From contig CAMYYI010000004.1 in the NCBI GenBank assembly GCA_947303465.1, positions 7,903 through 71,902 on the forward strand: a stretch of DNA of 64,000 nucleotides. Reading direction: 5' to 3'. Shown here piece after piece: positions 17,399-26,961 of the stretch; within the stretch, counting starts at the first letter, position 1, and the number at the start of each line of letters is the position of its first letter. The notes below the pieces were generated by a model that made no database searches, had not been told where the DNA came from, and was given only the letters and a program-made list of their open reading frames with translations. The stretch comes from an uncultured Bacteroidales bacterium. GTDB taxonomy: Bacteria; Bacteroidota; Bacteroidia; Bacteroidales; UBA932. Made by a program: the position numbers and the translations under genes.

Positions 17399-20300
17399 TG
17401 AAAACACGTTATTTTCTTTTGCTTGCGGCAACGGTGTTGCTGGCAAGCTGCCAGAAGGAGTTCCAGACTCCCGAAATTGTTATTTCAAAAGGCGTTACCA
17501 CCCTTGAGGTCGGGCTGCCGGACACCAAAACCTATTTGGGAGATGCGGTGGAAGGCACCCACAAAGTGTATTGGTCCAATGACGACCAGATTGCAGTGAA
17601 CGGAACGGCGTCAAATGCTTTGGCGGAACTTCCCGAAAACGCCGGTTCTGCAACATTTACTATCAACGGAATTGTTAATACTCCCTTCAACATTGTTTAT
17701 CCGGCGTCAATTTATACTGACGCAACCCATGTTACCCTTCCTTCGGTACAAACGTACAAGGCCGGAGGGTTCGCGGATGGAATGTTCCCTATGGCTGGTT
17801 ACAGTGCCTCAGGCGCGTCCATTCAGCTCAGACACCTTTGCGCAATCGTGAAGATTTCTGTGAAAAGGGAGACTGCCGAGCATGCCGAGGCCAGAAGCGG
17901 AGAAGTTGATACGGACAAGATTGTATCGGTACGCTTCAGCGGAAACAACAGCGAGAAAGTGAGTGGAGAGTTCGAACTCGACTATTCCACACCGGCACTT
18001 ACTGCAGCCAGTGGTACTGGCGATGATCTTGTTGTAAGTGTAGCCAAAAGCCAAAGCACTTCTACGAGTACAGCAAAAGACTACTACCTGGTTGTTCCGG
18101 CTCGCACATATTCCAATGGCTTTACTGTAACGGTTAAAGATGCCAATGGTCACATTATGACCAAGAGCAAGGGCTCTTCCTGGACTCCAGAGGCTGGCAA
18201 GCTGTACAATATGACAGCGTTTGAGTTTGTTCCCACAAGCACCGAGCTTGGTATCGAGATCTCCAACGCAGCCCAGCTGATTGCCTTTGCCCGTGCTTAT
18301 AATAACCATGAATTCGACAGCCTTGGCGATGATGTCCTTGTGGCCACCCTTACCGATAATATATCTTTCGTAAATAGCGATGATCCTGATGTTGCAGGAT
18401 CTTGGGCCGCATTCAATGCGACCGGAGGTATAGGTAAGAAGAAAAATCTTTTCGGCGCGAACGAGGATTATTATTTCAACGGCATATTCAATGGTGGAGG
18501 ATACACTATAAGCGGCCTCGAAGCAACGGTTCCCCTGTTTGCCGCTATCGGCGGTGCCGGACATGTCAGTGACTTCACCATTGACAGTTCCTGTTCCTTC
18601 ACCTTCACCCATCCGGATACCGCGGAACTGAATGCCGGTGCCGTTGTCGGATATCACAAAGGTGAATTAAAGGATGTTGAAGTAGAAGCCGATGTCGCAC
18701 TGGTAGCAGGTGAAGTTTCGCAGGCAACCTGTCTTGGAGGTATTGCCGGACGTATCACAGAAGGCGTCGTGGACAATTGCTCTTATTCCGGCGCCATTAC
18801 AGTCCCTGCCGGATTCCAGTCGGCAGCCAAAAAGATTCAGATGGGCGGTATCGTGGGCTGGATCAGCAATGGTTCAGGCAAAGTCCAGAATTCTGACTTC
18901 GAAGGCACTATTGACAATCAGGGACAGCTGATTGCAGCCTCTGAAACAAGTGATTTCAAGAACAACCCGCAGCTCATGATTGGTGGAATCGCTGGTCTTA
19001 ATAGTGGGACGCTTGACAATTGCTCTGTGGCCAATCATGCGACAGGTATTACTGTTACGCCCGCCGAAGGTAAGAATTATACGGGAACTATCGTTACCCA
19101 TTCTGCCAACGCATACCACTATGCTATCGCGGGTATTGCAGGGCGTAATGACGGCACCATTAACGGCTGCACTAACAATGCAAGTATTGTCAATATCTTC
19201 TCCGCAGATCGTGGAACTAGCGGCAATATGAACGGCCGCTATCTTAATGCCGGTGGCATCGTGGGTTACAATTCATCAACCATTTCAGGCAGCAATAACT
19301 ACGGTTCCATTATTGACAGGGCTAACCCCAAGGTTCACTATGTCGGTGGCATTGCCGGTCGTAATGTCGGAGGTACTATTTCGAACAGTGATAATAATTC
19401 CACCGGAACAATCGGCGTAGGAACGTCTCATGTAAGTCCTTACGGTGCCCGTATGCTTTACGTCGGAGGCATTACCGCCTCCAATGAGAGCGGAACCGTG
19501 AGCAATATCCATAACTCAGGGAATATTACCGTGTCCCGTATGGAAAACACTGGCGGAGTCCTCGCAAGGGTTGGGGGCGTTATCGGCGAAAATAATGCTG
19601 CCATTGATGGCTCCGCCCTCGCTGGGACTATAACAAATTTGGGAAACATCAGTCAATCTAGCGGTAATGAAATGTGTTCAACACCGACAGCCGATAACGA
19701 TTATGGCTTCTTCTTTGGCGGAATCACAGGTTATACTACGGCAGGGGTAAAGAATGTTTCCAACTCCGGAAATGTCGGTTACACTTGCACAGCTACAGGA
19801 GTAGGCGCTCAATATGTGTATCTTGGCGGTATCGCCGGTAAGGTTCTGGCCGCATCCGCCGTTGACGTTGAAAAGTGTACAAATTCAGGTAAGGTGACCT
19901 TCACCGCAACAGCATCATACTCAGAAAATAACGCGACGCGCTACTATTACAACTATCTTGGCGGTATTGTCGGTTATGCCAAGAATGCCAATATCAAGGG
20001 CGATTCTTCCAACAAATGCACCAACAGCGCCCAGGTCAAGGGGGGAGACGGCAGCTCCAACAACAATCAGGGAACTCCTTCGTTCATGATTGGCGGCATC
20101 GTCGGCTATATTACTGGCGATTCTTCGATTGAGTATTGTGACCTTACTGGTTCCGGCAATCCTTACAATGACCATTGGAGCAACCGCGGTATCGGTTCTT
20201 ACGACTGCCCTGCCGTTGGCGGTATCGCAGGACAGATTTTCGGTGCTGATGGCGCTGAGATTCCCGTCTCTAATTGTGCTGTTGCTAGTACGGCATCCAT

Positions 20301-20727
20301 TAATGCCCGCCGTGGCGCTGTAGGAGGAATCGTAGGGCTCGCTCAGTATGCAGAGATATCTGACTGTACTGTGCCTATTATTTTCCAGACAACACAGTCC
20401 GGATACTTCTATGGAGGTATTGTTGCTGCAGCACAAAACAGCACCATCAGCAACTGCACTTATTCCGGAGCCACAATCCGGAGTTCTCAGATGCAGATTG
20501 GTGGCGGTATCGTCGGTCAACTTGATTCCGGTAGCACTGTTGACAGTTGCAGCAGTTCAGCAACCGATATCAGCAAGAACGGCACGGCCGTAACCACTAC
20601 CGGCGGCATTGCCGGAAAATCTGTGGCCGGCACTACTATTAGCAACTGCCATTACACTGCAACTATCGGCAAAATCTGCGGCGACACCAACTTCATCGAC
20701 GGTGGTGGCAACGCAGCTGACCTTTAG
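17398..20727 (+). CDS. Surface lipoprotein 1: fimbrillin-like N-domain + GLUG/GGIVG repeat region
   Basis: Lipobox LLASC; DTKT...KVYWSNDDQI; many GGIAG/GGIVG repeats; ends FIDGGGNAADL. Confidence 0.8.
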   Translation: MKTRYFLLLAATVLLASCQKEFQTPEIVISKGVTTLEVGLPDTKTYLGDAVEGTHKVYWSNDDQIAVNGTASNALAELPENAGSATFTINGIVNTPFNIVYPASIYTDATHVTLPSVQTYKAGGFADGMFPMAGYSASGASIQLRHLCAIVKISVKRETAEHAEARSGEVDTDKIVSVRFSGNNSEKVSGEFELDYSTPALTAASGTGDDLVVSVAKSQSTSTSTAKDYYLVVPARTYSNGFTVTVKDANGHIMTKSKGSSWTPEAGKLYNMTAFEFVPTSTELGIEISNAAQLIAFARAYNNHEFDSLGDDVLVATLTDNISFVNSDDPDVAGSWAAFNATGGIGKKKNLFGANEDYYFNGIFNGGGYTISGLEATVPLFAAIGGAGHVSDFTIDSSCSFTFTHPDTAELNAGAVVGYHKGELKDVEVEADVALVAGEVSQATCLGGIAGRITEGVVDNCSYSGAITVPAGFQSAAKKIQMGGIVGWISNGSGKVQNSDFEGTIDNQGQLIAASETSDFKNNPQLMIGGIAGLNSGTLDNCSVANHATGITVTPAEGKNYTGTIVTHSANAYHYAIAGIAGRNDGTINGCTNNASIVNIFSADRGTSGNMNGRYLNAGGIVGYNSSTISGSNNYGSIIDRANPKVHYVGGIAGRNVGGTISNSDNNSTGTIGVGTSHVSPYGARMLYVGGITASNESGTVSNIHNSGNITVSRMENTGGVLARVGGVIGENNAAIDGSALAGTITNLGNISQSSGNEMCSTPTADNDYGFFFGGITGYTTAGVKNVSNSGNVGYTCTATGVGAQYVYLGGIAGKVLAASAVDVEKCTNSGKVTFTATASYSENNATRYYYNYLGGIVGYAKNANIKGDSSNKCTNSAQVKGGDGSSNNNQGTPSFMIGGIVGYITGDSSIEYCDLTGSGNPYNDHWSNRGIGSYDCPAVGGIAGQIFGADGAEIPVSNCAVASTASINARRGAVGGIVGLAQYAEISDCTVPIIFQTTQSGYFYGGIVAAAQNSTISNCTYSGATIRSSQMQIGGGIVGQLDSGSTVDSCSSSATDISKNGTAVTTTGGIAGKSVAGTTISNCHYTATIGKICGDTNFIDGGGNAADL

Positions 20728-20741
20728 TCTCATGATGTCTG

Positions 20742-20826
20742 CCCGGGTGCAGGGAGGTTTGTTTTGCACCCGACCGGCTTGAAAATAGTATTCCCGGGTG
20801 CAAATCGCCAATTTTTGCACCCGGGA
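20742..20826. repeat. Twin CCCGGGTGCA...TGCACCCGG hairpins
   Basis: Two tandem palindromes after gene 1; a single copy at about 26562-26594 after gene 2. Confidence 0.7.
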
Positions 20827-20840
20827 ATTCGTTTTCCGCT

Positions 20841-21040
20841 GATTCTGCCGGCACGGCCTCCCGCCTGCCGGCAGAATTCGGTATTAGCAAATGACACTTT
20901 GTGCCTTCCAGAGGCGAAAACGTCATTCACCCCCGGGAAAGAAGTGGGGGTCAGTGACACTTTTGGCCATGAGTGACCGATTCTGTCACTTTAAATTACC
21001 GAAATCATCAGCACCGGCCCGCATTCATCTCGCCAGCAGA
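20841..21040 (+). repeat. Structured direct repeat, copy A (~200 nt)
   Basis: GATTCTGCCGGCA..TGCCGGCAGAAT hairpin followed by a TTCGGTA...TACCGAA-enclosed multi-hairpin; near-identical to 22091 and 26609. Confidence 0.9.
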
Positions 21041-21207
21041 TAAGTATAAAGAATCTTTTGTTGTGACGAAATAGCATTCTGAATTCTTTCTGATTCCCGC
21101 CAAGACGGAAAGAATCGTAAATAATGATGCCTTACGGTAGTACCTTTAACCGCCCATTCGTTAAAAGTGCCTAAGTTTGCCGTAACAATTAACAAAACCC
21201 TGTGCTT

Positions 21208-22065
21208 ATGACTGATGAAAAACTGAAGATTGGCAGGTATGCCAACATTAAACTGGACCGCTGGTTCAAACGGACATTCGGAGTCGAGGAGCGAAAGCAT
21301 CTTCTTGTAGCATTCCTCAGAGAGCTCATTCCGGAACACGACTTTGAAGAACTTGAGTTGGCTAAGGATGAATTTGTCAACGAACAGGCGGACACACTGA
21401 AGAGTATACGTGTAGATATAAGTGCTCGCGACAAGGATGGGACTCGAGTAATCGTGGAAATGCAAATGGCCGAGCAGGATAATTTCTACGAGCGTATAGC
21501 CTTCAATTCTGCATTTCCGGTTACCGAGCAGAAAGAGATTGGGGATATCGAAAACGATTTCCCCACTGTTTACATGGTGAGCCTTATGAATTTCTCGTAT
21601 CACAAAGGTAGCGACAAGGTCCTTTATACCGGTCGATACAGGTGGGACGATTCGAACGAAGCAATAACGGATCGGGTTCAACTCCTGTTTCTGGAATTGC
21701 CCAATTGCACGAAGGCTCTTACTCCGGAGGCGAGCTTTGTTGATAATTTTTGTTATGTTATGAAAAACATTCAGGATTTGAGCGAAATTCCTCCGCAATT
21801 GGAAACCGATTTTTTCCAGGAGTTGTTCAAGTCTGCAGAAATTGCTAATTTTACGGCGGCAGAGCGCCGAAAGTATCGCAAAGACATGTTAGACGAGCAG
21901 AGCATAATCCAAAGTCAGCGCTTCCATGAGCGCAAGGGCCGCGAAGAAGGTATCGCTATTGGTATTCAGCAGGGCGTCCGGCAAGGAGCCTCTTTGGAGC
22001 GCCAAAGAATAACCGAAGTATTGCGCAATGCTGGGGTGGCTGAAGATATCATCTCAAAAATATAG
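21208..22065 (+). CDS. Rpn-family (PD-(D/E)XK) recombination-promoting nuclease / putative transposase
   Basis: DRWFKRTFG..LLVAFL, IRVDISARD..IVEMQ, FLELP, GREEGIAIG tail; own TAAGTTTG promoter element at 21172-21179. Confidence 0.85.
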   Translation: MTDEKLKIGRYANIKLDRWFKRTFGVEERKHLLVAFLRELIPEHDFEELELAKDEFVNEQADTLKSIRVDISARDKDGTRVIVEMQMAEQDNFYERIAFNSAFPVTEQKEIGDIENDFPTVYMVSLMNFSYHKGSDKVLYTGRYRWDDSNEAITDRVQLLFLELPNCTKALTPEASFVDNFCYVMKNIQDLSEIPPQLETDFFQELFKSAEIANFTAAERRKYRKDMLDEQSIIQSQRFHERKGREEGIAIGIQQGVRQGASLERQRITEVLRNAGVAEDIISKI

Positions 22066-22090
22066 AGAGGTAGCTATTCCTCTTTTTCCC

Positions 22091-22290
22091 GATTCTGCCG
22101 GCACGGCCACCCGCCTGCCGGCAGAATTCGGTATTAGCAAATGACACTTTGTGCCTTCCAGAGGCGAAAACGTCATTCACCCCCGGGAAAGAAGTGGGGG
22201 TCAGTGACACTTTTAGCCATGACTGGCCGATCATGTCACTTTCAAGTACCGAAATCACCATCACCGGCTCACATTCCTTTCGCCAGCAGA
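22091..22290 (+). repeat. Structured direct repeat, copy B (~200 nt)
   Basis: Collinear with copy A through CGCCAGCAGA. Confidence 0.9.
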
Positions 22291-22472
22291 AATCTTTGTT
22301 GCGAGTGTAAACAATCGTTTATTGCCACAAAAACATATTCATGAATATATGGAGCTTGGCCGTAAACAGAAAGAATCGTAAATAATTACCCTTATGGGTT
22401 GTTCCGGCGGTTGCCGTAAACGAAAAAAGTGTTACTTTTGCGAACGACGAACTATTGAAAAACTTTAATGCA

Positions 22473-22763
22473 ATGCCGAAAGTTCTTATTTACATTGTGA
22501 AGAAGATAATGTGGGTGTTCCTGTTCTACAATACTGACTTTAATGAGAATAGGGCTCACGTCCATGTTGGAAAGAAAGGGACCGCGGAATTATGCAAAAT
22601 ATGGCTTGAGCCGACCGTGGAGGTGGATAAAAAGGGTGATCTAAATGAATCGCAATTAAAGGAGATTCTGGGTCTGGTTGAACTGTATAGGGAACAGTTG
22701 ATGGCTCAATGGAAATTGTTCAAAGAGGGGAAGCAAGTAAAGACAATAAAGATTAAGAAGTAA
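22473..22763 (+). CDS. DUF4160-domain protein (predicted toxin-antitoxin component)
   Basis: MPKV..FLFYNTD.NE.RAHVHV..CKIWLEP..W..F pattern; TACTTTTG promoter element at 22433-22440. Confidence 0.75.
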   Translation: MPKVLIYIVKKIMWVFLFYNTDFNENRAHVHVGKKGTAELCKIWLEPTVEVDKKGDLNESQLKEILGLVELYREQLMAQWKLFKEGKQVKTIKIKK

Positions 22764-22764
22764 T

Positions 22765-23034
22765 ATGGCTCAGGAAGGATATTGGGGCGTTACGCCAAGA
22801 ATCAAATCCGTGGCTTTCCCCGCCAGGGGGAAGTTTCAGGTGAACCTGGAGGACGGACGAGTGATTATTATGCCGGTTTCTGCTTTTCCAAGCTTGAAAA
22901 AGGTCCCGGTAAAAGAAAGGAATTCCTGGTATCTGATGGGGGGCGGCGTGTCATGGGATTCTTGTCCGGAAGTCATTCATATTGAACAGATTTTGGGTAA
23001 TTATCAGAATTACTCGCACGAGAAACAGTCGTAA
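22765..23034 (+). CDS. DUF2442-domain protein (predicted partner of DUF4160)
   Basis: VNLEDGRVIIMPVSAFPSL...R..W.LMGGGVSW..E.IHIE; 1-nt gap from the upstream gene. Confidence 0.75.
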   Translation: MAQEGYWGVTPRIKSVAFPARGKFQVNLEDGRVIIMPVSAFPSLKKVPVKERNSWYLMGGGVSWDSCPEVIHIEQILGNYQNYSHEKQS

Positions 23035-23053
23035 CATTCTAAATACGTTTTAT

Positions 23054-23091
23054 GATTCTGCCGGCACGGCCTTCCGCCTGCCGGCAGAATC
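23054..23091. repeat. Structured repeat, copy C (leading hairpin only)
   Basis: GATTCTGCCGGCACGGCCTTCCGCCTGCCGGCAGAATC. Confidence 0.9.
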
Positions 23092-23202
23092 GTTTGACAG
23101 CATTCGAAACCGGACCAAGGGAAACAAACGAAGGTTAATTGGATTTTACAATATTAATTCTCATCTTTGTGGTTTACAAACAGAATATTAATGTTTTACG
23201 AT

Positions 23203-23340
23203 ATGAAAAAAGCATTCCAAATCAGGGAGACATACGCCTCCCCAGAGTGCAAATCCTTCACGGTTTGCACCCAGAGCTGCTTCCTGCAGGGCTCTGTTGA
23301 AATTCCCGCTGTTACAGAAGAACCTGGTTACTGGTCATGA
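23203..23340 (+). CDS. 45-aa micro-ORF coupled to adhesin 2
   Basis: MKKAFQIRETYASPECKSFTVCTQSCFLQGSVEIPAVTEEPGYWS*; ATGA overlap with 23337. Confidence 0.7.
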   Translation: MKKAFQIRETYASPECKSFTVCTQSCFLQGSVEIPAVTEEPGYWS

Positions 23341-26300
23341 GAAAGCTTAGTTTCTTCGCGCTTGCGGCAGTGGTGCTGCTGGCAGGCTGCAACAAGGAGT
23401 TCCAGACTCCCGAAATCGTCGTGTCAAAGGCCGTTACCACTCTTGAGGTGGGTATAGCCCCCGCTACCAGAACCCAGATGGGTGATGCAGTTGCAGGTGA
23501 GCGTAAGGTTTACTGGTCCGACGGCGACAAGATTAACATCAATGGCACCGACTCCGATGCCCTGGCGTCCGTTCCTGCTGAGACTCAGACCACAGCCTTC
23601 ACCTTCGGCAGTGTGCTGAGCACTCCGTACAATGTACTCTATCCGGCATCCATCTATGCCGACGCAACTCATGTGAACCTCCCTGCAATCCAGGCCTATG
23701 ACGCCAAGGGATTCGCCGACGGCTTTTTCCCCATGGCCGGCTACAGCGCCGACGGCAGCAGCATCAGCGTCTCTCACCTCTGCGCCGTGCTGAAGATCTC
23801 GGTGAAGCGCGCCACTGTAGATGCTGACACAGACAATATCATCGCCGTCCGCGTCAAGGGCCGCAATAACGAGCAGGTCAGCGGCAACATCGCCATCACC
23901 TACAACCCGGCAGCCCTTGCCGCCGAGGATGGTGCATCTGCCGCCGAGAAGGAAGTCAAGGTGATTCAGAACCAGGCGACTTCTACCGCCGCCGCGGTCG
24001 ATTATTTCATCGTGATCCCCGCCCGCACCTATGCCAACGGTATTGATGTTATCGTTCAGGACGTGAACGGCCACATCATGACCAAGAGCAAGACCTCTTC
24101 CTGGACCCCCGTGGCCGGTCATCAGTACGACATGCCGGAGTTCGAGTTCGTTCCTACCGGCACCGAAATTGGTATCGAGATTTCCAATGCCGAGCAGCTG
24201 GTTGCTTTCGCAGAGGCTTATAATGCAAGAGAGTATGTTGATCTTGGCGACGGTCTTGTGGCATCCCTCACTGCTGACATTGCTTTTGACGCCACAACTT
24301 CAGCGTCCTTCAATACCACAAACGGTATTGCCAGCGTGAGTGCAGACAACTATTTCCACGGTGTATTCAATGGCCAGAACCATACTATTTCCGGCCTGGA
24401 GGCAACCAAACCGTTGTTCGCCAATATAGGTAGCACTGGTGTAGTCAAGAATTTCACTCTTGATAACACCTGTTCTTTCACGTTCACCCATCCCAACACG
24501 GTGGAGGGAATGTACGGCAGTGTTGTCGGCTATCACAAAGGTGTGGTTGACAATGTGTCCAGTGCGGCTGCTGTTACTCTGGCCAGCGTGGCAGATGTGA
24601 CTTACATGACCTCCCTTGGCGGTATTGCAGGACGTGCGACAACCGGAGTTGTAAAGGATTCAGAGTATTCCGGTCTTATTTCTACTCCCTCTGATTTTAC
24701 AGGTACCGCTAAACTTATTATTGGCGGTCTCGTAGGCAGGTTCTCCAATGCCGGTAGCGTTACGGGTTCCTATTTCAAGGGTGCGATTAATAATGCGGCT
24801 CAAATCACGTCGACGGACAAGAGTAATCCATACATCATCATAGGCGGTGTAGCTGGTTATGTAGATGGCGGAGCCAGTATTTCTTCTACCAACACTACGG
24901 CCGACCATGCCGATGAAGCAAGTGCCTATAGCGGCTTTAACGGCAAAATTGTTAACAAGACCACCGTGGCATATAATTCAGCCGTTGGTGGAATTGTGGG
25001 AGAACTTAACAACGGTACCGTCTCTTCTTGTACTAATGCCGCTACTATCGCAATATCTATCTACAAAGTAGGTGCCGACGGTAGCCGTTATATGAAGACT
25101 GGCGGTATTGTCGGCAAGGTTAATGCGAGCGGCACTGTAACCGGATGTACGAATAATGGTTCTGTTCAGCACAGGTCAAATCCCAGGCTTCAGAGCCTTG
25201 GAGGTATTGCCGGTTATAATGCAGGAACTGTCACAGATTGTTCAAATAACGCGGCCGTCAATCAAATGACTTCCGGACAAAGTGTTAAGGCCGGACGAAT
25301 TGTCAATCTCGGTGGTGTTATTGGAGAGAATGCCGCAGGAGCAACCGTTTCAGACGTCCATAATACAGCCGATATTCAGATTTCTTCTATGGAGGACGGT
25401 ACGGCAAGTGAAGTTCGTATGGGCGGAGTAATCGCATATAACGCAGCTGCCATTGATGGCGGCGGCACGAAGAACATCACCAATACTGGCCAGGTTTATT
25501 TCAGCCCCAATTTCGCAAACCAGTTCCTTGGTTATGAACTTGGAGGTATTGTTGGTCTTTCTACCGCTTCTGTACAGAACGTACATAACTCCGGTTATGT
25601 GTATTTCCGCTGGAATTCTGATGCCAATGTAGCCAGCCTTGTCTACATGGGTGGAATTGTTGGTAAAATGACTGGAAATGGCACAATTGGAGGCTGCGTC
25701 AATGAGGGCGGGGCAAGCAATGCAGGTGAAGTGTACCCTAACGTCAAGGCGGGTTCTGCCGGGCATAACAGCATTTATGCTGGCGGCATTCTCGGCTACA
25801 CAGAGAGTGATGTGACTATTTCTGGCTGTTCCAACAGCGGATACGTCCATGGAGGAAACACGACCAAAGTTAATGGTAAGACATTCTTCACAGGTGGCAT
25901 CGTCGCTTATCTCAAAGGCGCTTCCTCTATTATTGATTGCACCAATACCGGGCAGGTGAACAATGCCCAGAGCAATAATAACTATACGATTGGAAGCACT
26001 ACTTTGTCTGGTGGTATTGCAGGACATGTGGAAGGGACAGACGTTGCTCCGATTACTATTGGTGGTAGTACTGGATGCTCTGTTGATGCGTCTGTTGCGT
26101 CTACACGCGGCTGGGTTGCCGGTATTGCAGGCTATGCCAAGTATGTCAATTTGAGCAATTGCTCTGTCGAGCAGGATATCAACTGCGCCGCACACGCCTC
26201 CGGAGGGCTCGTTGGATGTGCTGAGTATTGCAACATCTCAAACAGTTCTTTCAATGGCGACAAGGTTCATTCCAATAACACTCAGGCAGCTGCCGGTCAA

Positions 26301-26546
26301 GGCGGTCTTGTTGCTAACATGAATAACACGACCGTTAACGGTTGTTCTTGCTATGCAACCACTCTGACAAACAATGTCAGTATTGCGGATGTCGGCACGA
26401 TCGTTGGTATCTCTGGAGAAGGCAACACCATCCAGAACTGCCATTACAAACCCACTATCACCACCACGGCAGGTAGTGGCCAAACTGCTCAAATCGCCGG
26501 TTCCGGTTCCTTCACCGACGGTGGCGGTAATGCAGCTGACCTTTAG
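23337..26546 (+). CDS. Surface lipoprotein 2: fimbrillin-like N-domain + GLUG/GGIVG repeat region
   Basis: Lipobox LLAGC; ATRT...KVYWSDGDKI; ends FTDGGGNAADL. Confidence 0.8.
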   Translation: MRKLSFFALAAVVLLAGCNKEFQTPEIVVSKAVTTLEVGIAPATRTQMGDAVAGERKVYWSDGDKININGTDSDALASVPAETQTTAFTFGSVLSTPYNVLYPASIYADATHVNLPAIQAYDAKGFADGFFPMAGYSADGSSISVSHLCAVLKISVKRATVDADTDNIIAVRVKGRNNEQVSGNIAITYNPAALAAEDGASAAEKEVKVIQNQATSTAAAVDYFIVIPARTYANGIDVIVQDVNGHIMTKSKTSSWTPVAGHQYDMPEFEFVPTGTEIGIEISNAEQLVAFAEAYNAREYVDLGDGLVASLTADIAFDATTSASFNTTNGIASVSADNYFHGVFNGQNHTISGLEATKPLFANIGSTGVVKNFTLDNTCSFTFTHPNTVEGMYGSVVGYHKGVVDNVSSAAAVTLASVADVTYMTSLGGIAGRATTGVVKDSEYSGLISTPSDFTGTAKLIIGGLVGRFSNAGSVTGSYFKGAINNAAQITSTDKSNPYIIIGGVAGYVDGGASISSTNTTADHADEASAYSGFNGKIVNKTTVAYNSAVGGIVGELNNGTVSSCTNAATIAISIYKVGADGSRYMKTGGIVGKVNASGTVTGCTNNGSVQHRSNPRLQSLGGIAGYNAGTVTDCSNNAAVNQMTSGQSVKAGRIVNLGGVIGENAAGATVSDVHNTADIQISSMEDGTASEVRMGGVIAYNAAAIDGGGTKNITNTGQVYFSPNFANQFLGYELGGIVGLSTASVQNVHNSGYVYFRWNSDANVASLVYMGGIVGKMTGNGTIGGCVNEGGASNAGEVYPNVKAGSAGHNSIYAGGILGYTESDVTISGCSNSGYVHGGNTTKVNGKTFFTGGIVAYLKGASSIIDCTNTGQVNNAQSNNNYTIGSTTLSGGIAGHVEGTDVAPITIGGSTGCSVDASVASTRGWVAGIAGYAKYVNLSNCSVEQDINCAAHASGGLVGCAEYCNISNSSFNGDKVHSNNTQAAAGQGGLVANMNNTTVNGCSCYATTLTNNVSIADVGTIVGISGEGNTIQNCHYKPTITTTAGSGQTAQIAGSGSFTDGGGNAADL

Positions 26547-26608
26547 TCTCATTATGTCTGTCCGGGTGCAGGGAGGTTTGTTTTGCATCCGGGAATTCGT
26601 TTTCCTCT

Positions 26609-26772
26609 GATTCTGCCGGCACGGCCTTACCGCCTGCCGGCAGAATTCGGTATTAGTGAATGACACTTTGTGCCTTCCAGAGGCGAAAACGTCATTCACC
26701 CCCGGGAAAGAAGTGGGGGTGAGTGACACTTTTGGCCTTCAGATGGCAATTGTGTCACTTGCAAATACCGAA
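26609..26772 (+). repeat. Structured direct repeat, copy D
   Basis: Same hairpin and multi-hairpin body; similarity to copy A extends upstream through the adhesin stop codon. Confidence 0.9.
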
Positions 26773-26961
26773 TGCCTGGTTTTTCTGCCATTTTGGATCA
26801 GGAAGGGCCGTATTTGATCCCGAAACTGATTATTTCTGCCAACTTGGATTGAATACTGCCGCTTCTGATCCCGGCTGGAAAGAAGGAAGGGCGAACAGTT
26901 GTCCATCCTTTTGCAGAACGCTCAAAAAGCCGTATATTTAACTGCTTAAACGATCATCATT

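Noticed and set aside
20841..26772. CRISPR array, tRNA or canonical integron
   Set aside because: Repeats are too long and separated by whole genes; no cas or intI; no T-loop/CCA signature; no clear attC core sites
26790..26900. Additional weak hairpins (GGATCA...TGATCC) upstream of GH127
   Set aside because: Imperfect and single-locus in this window; cannot be assigned a function
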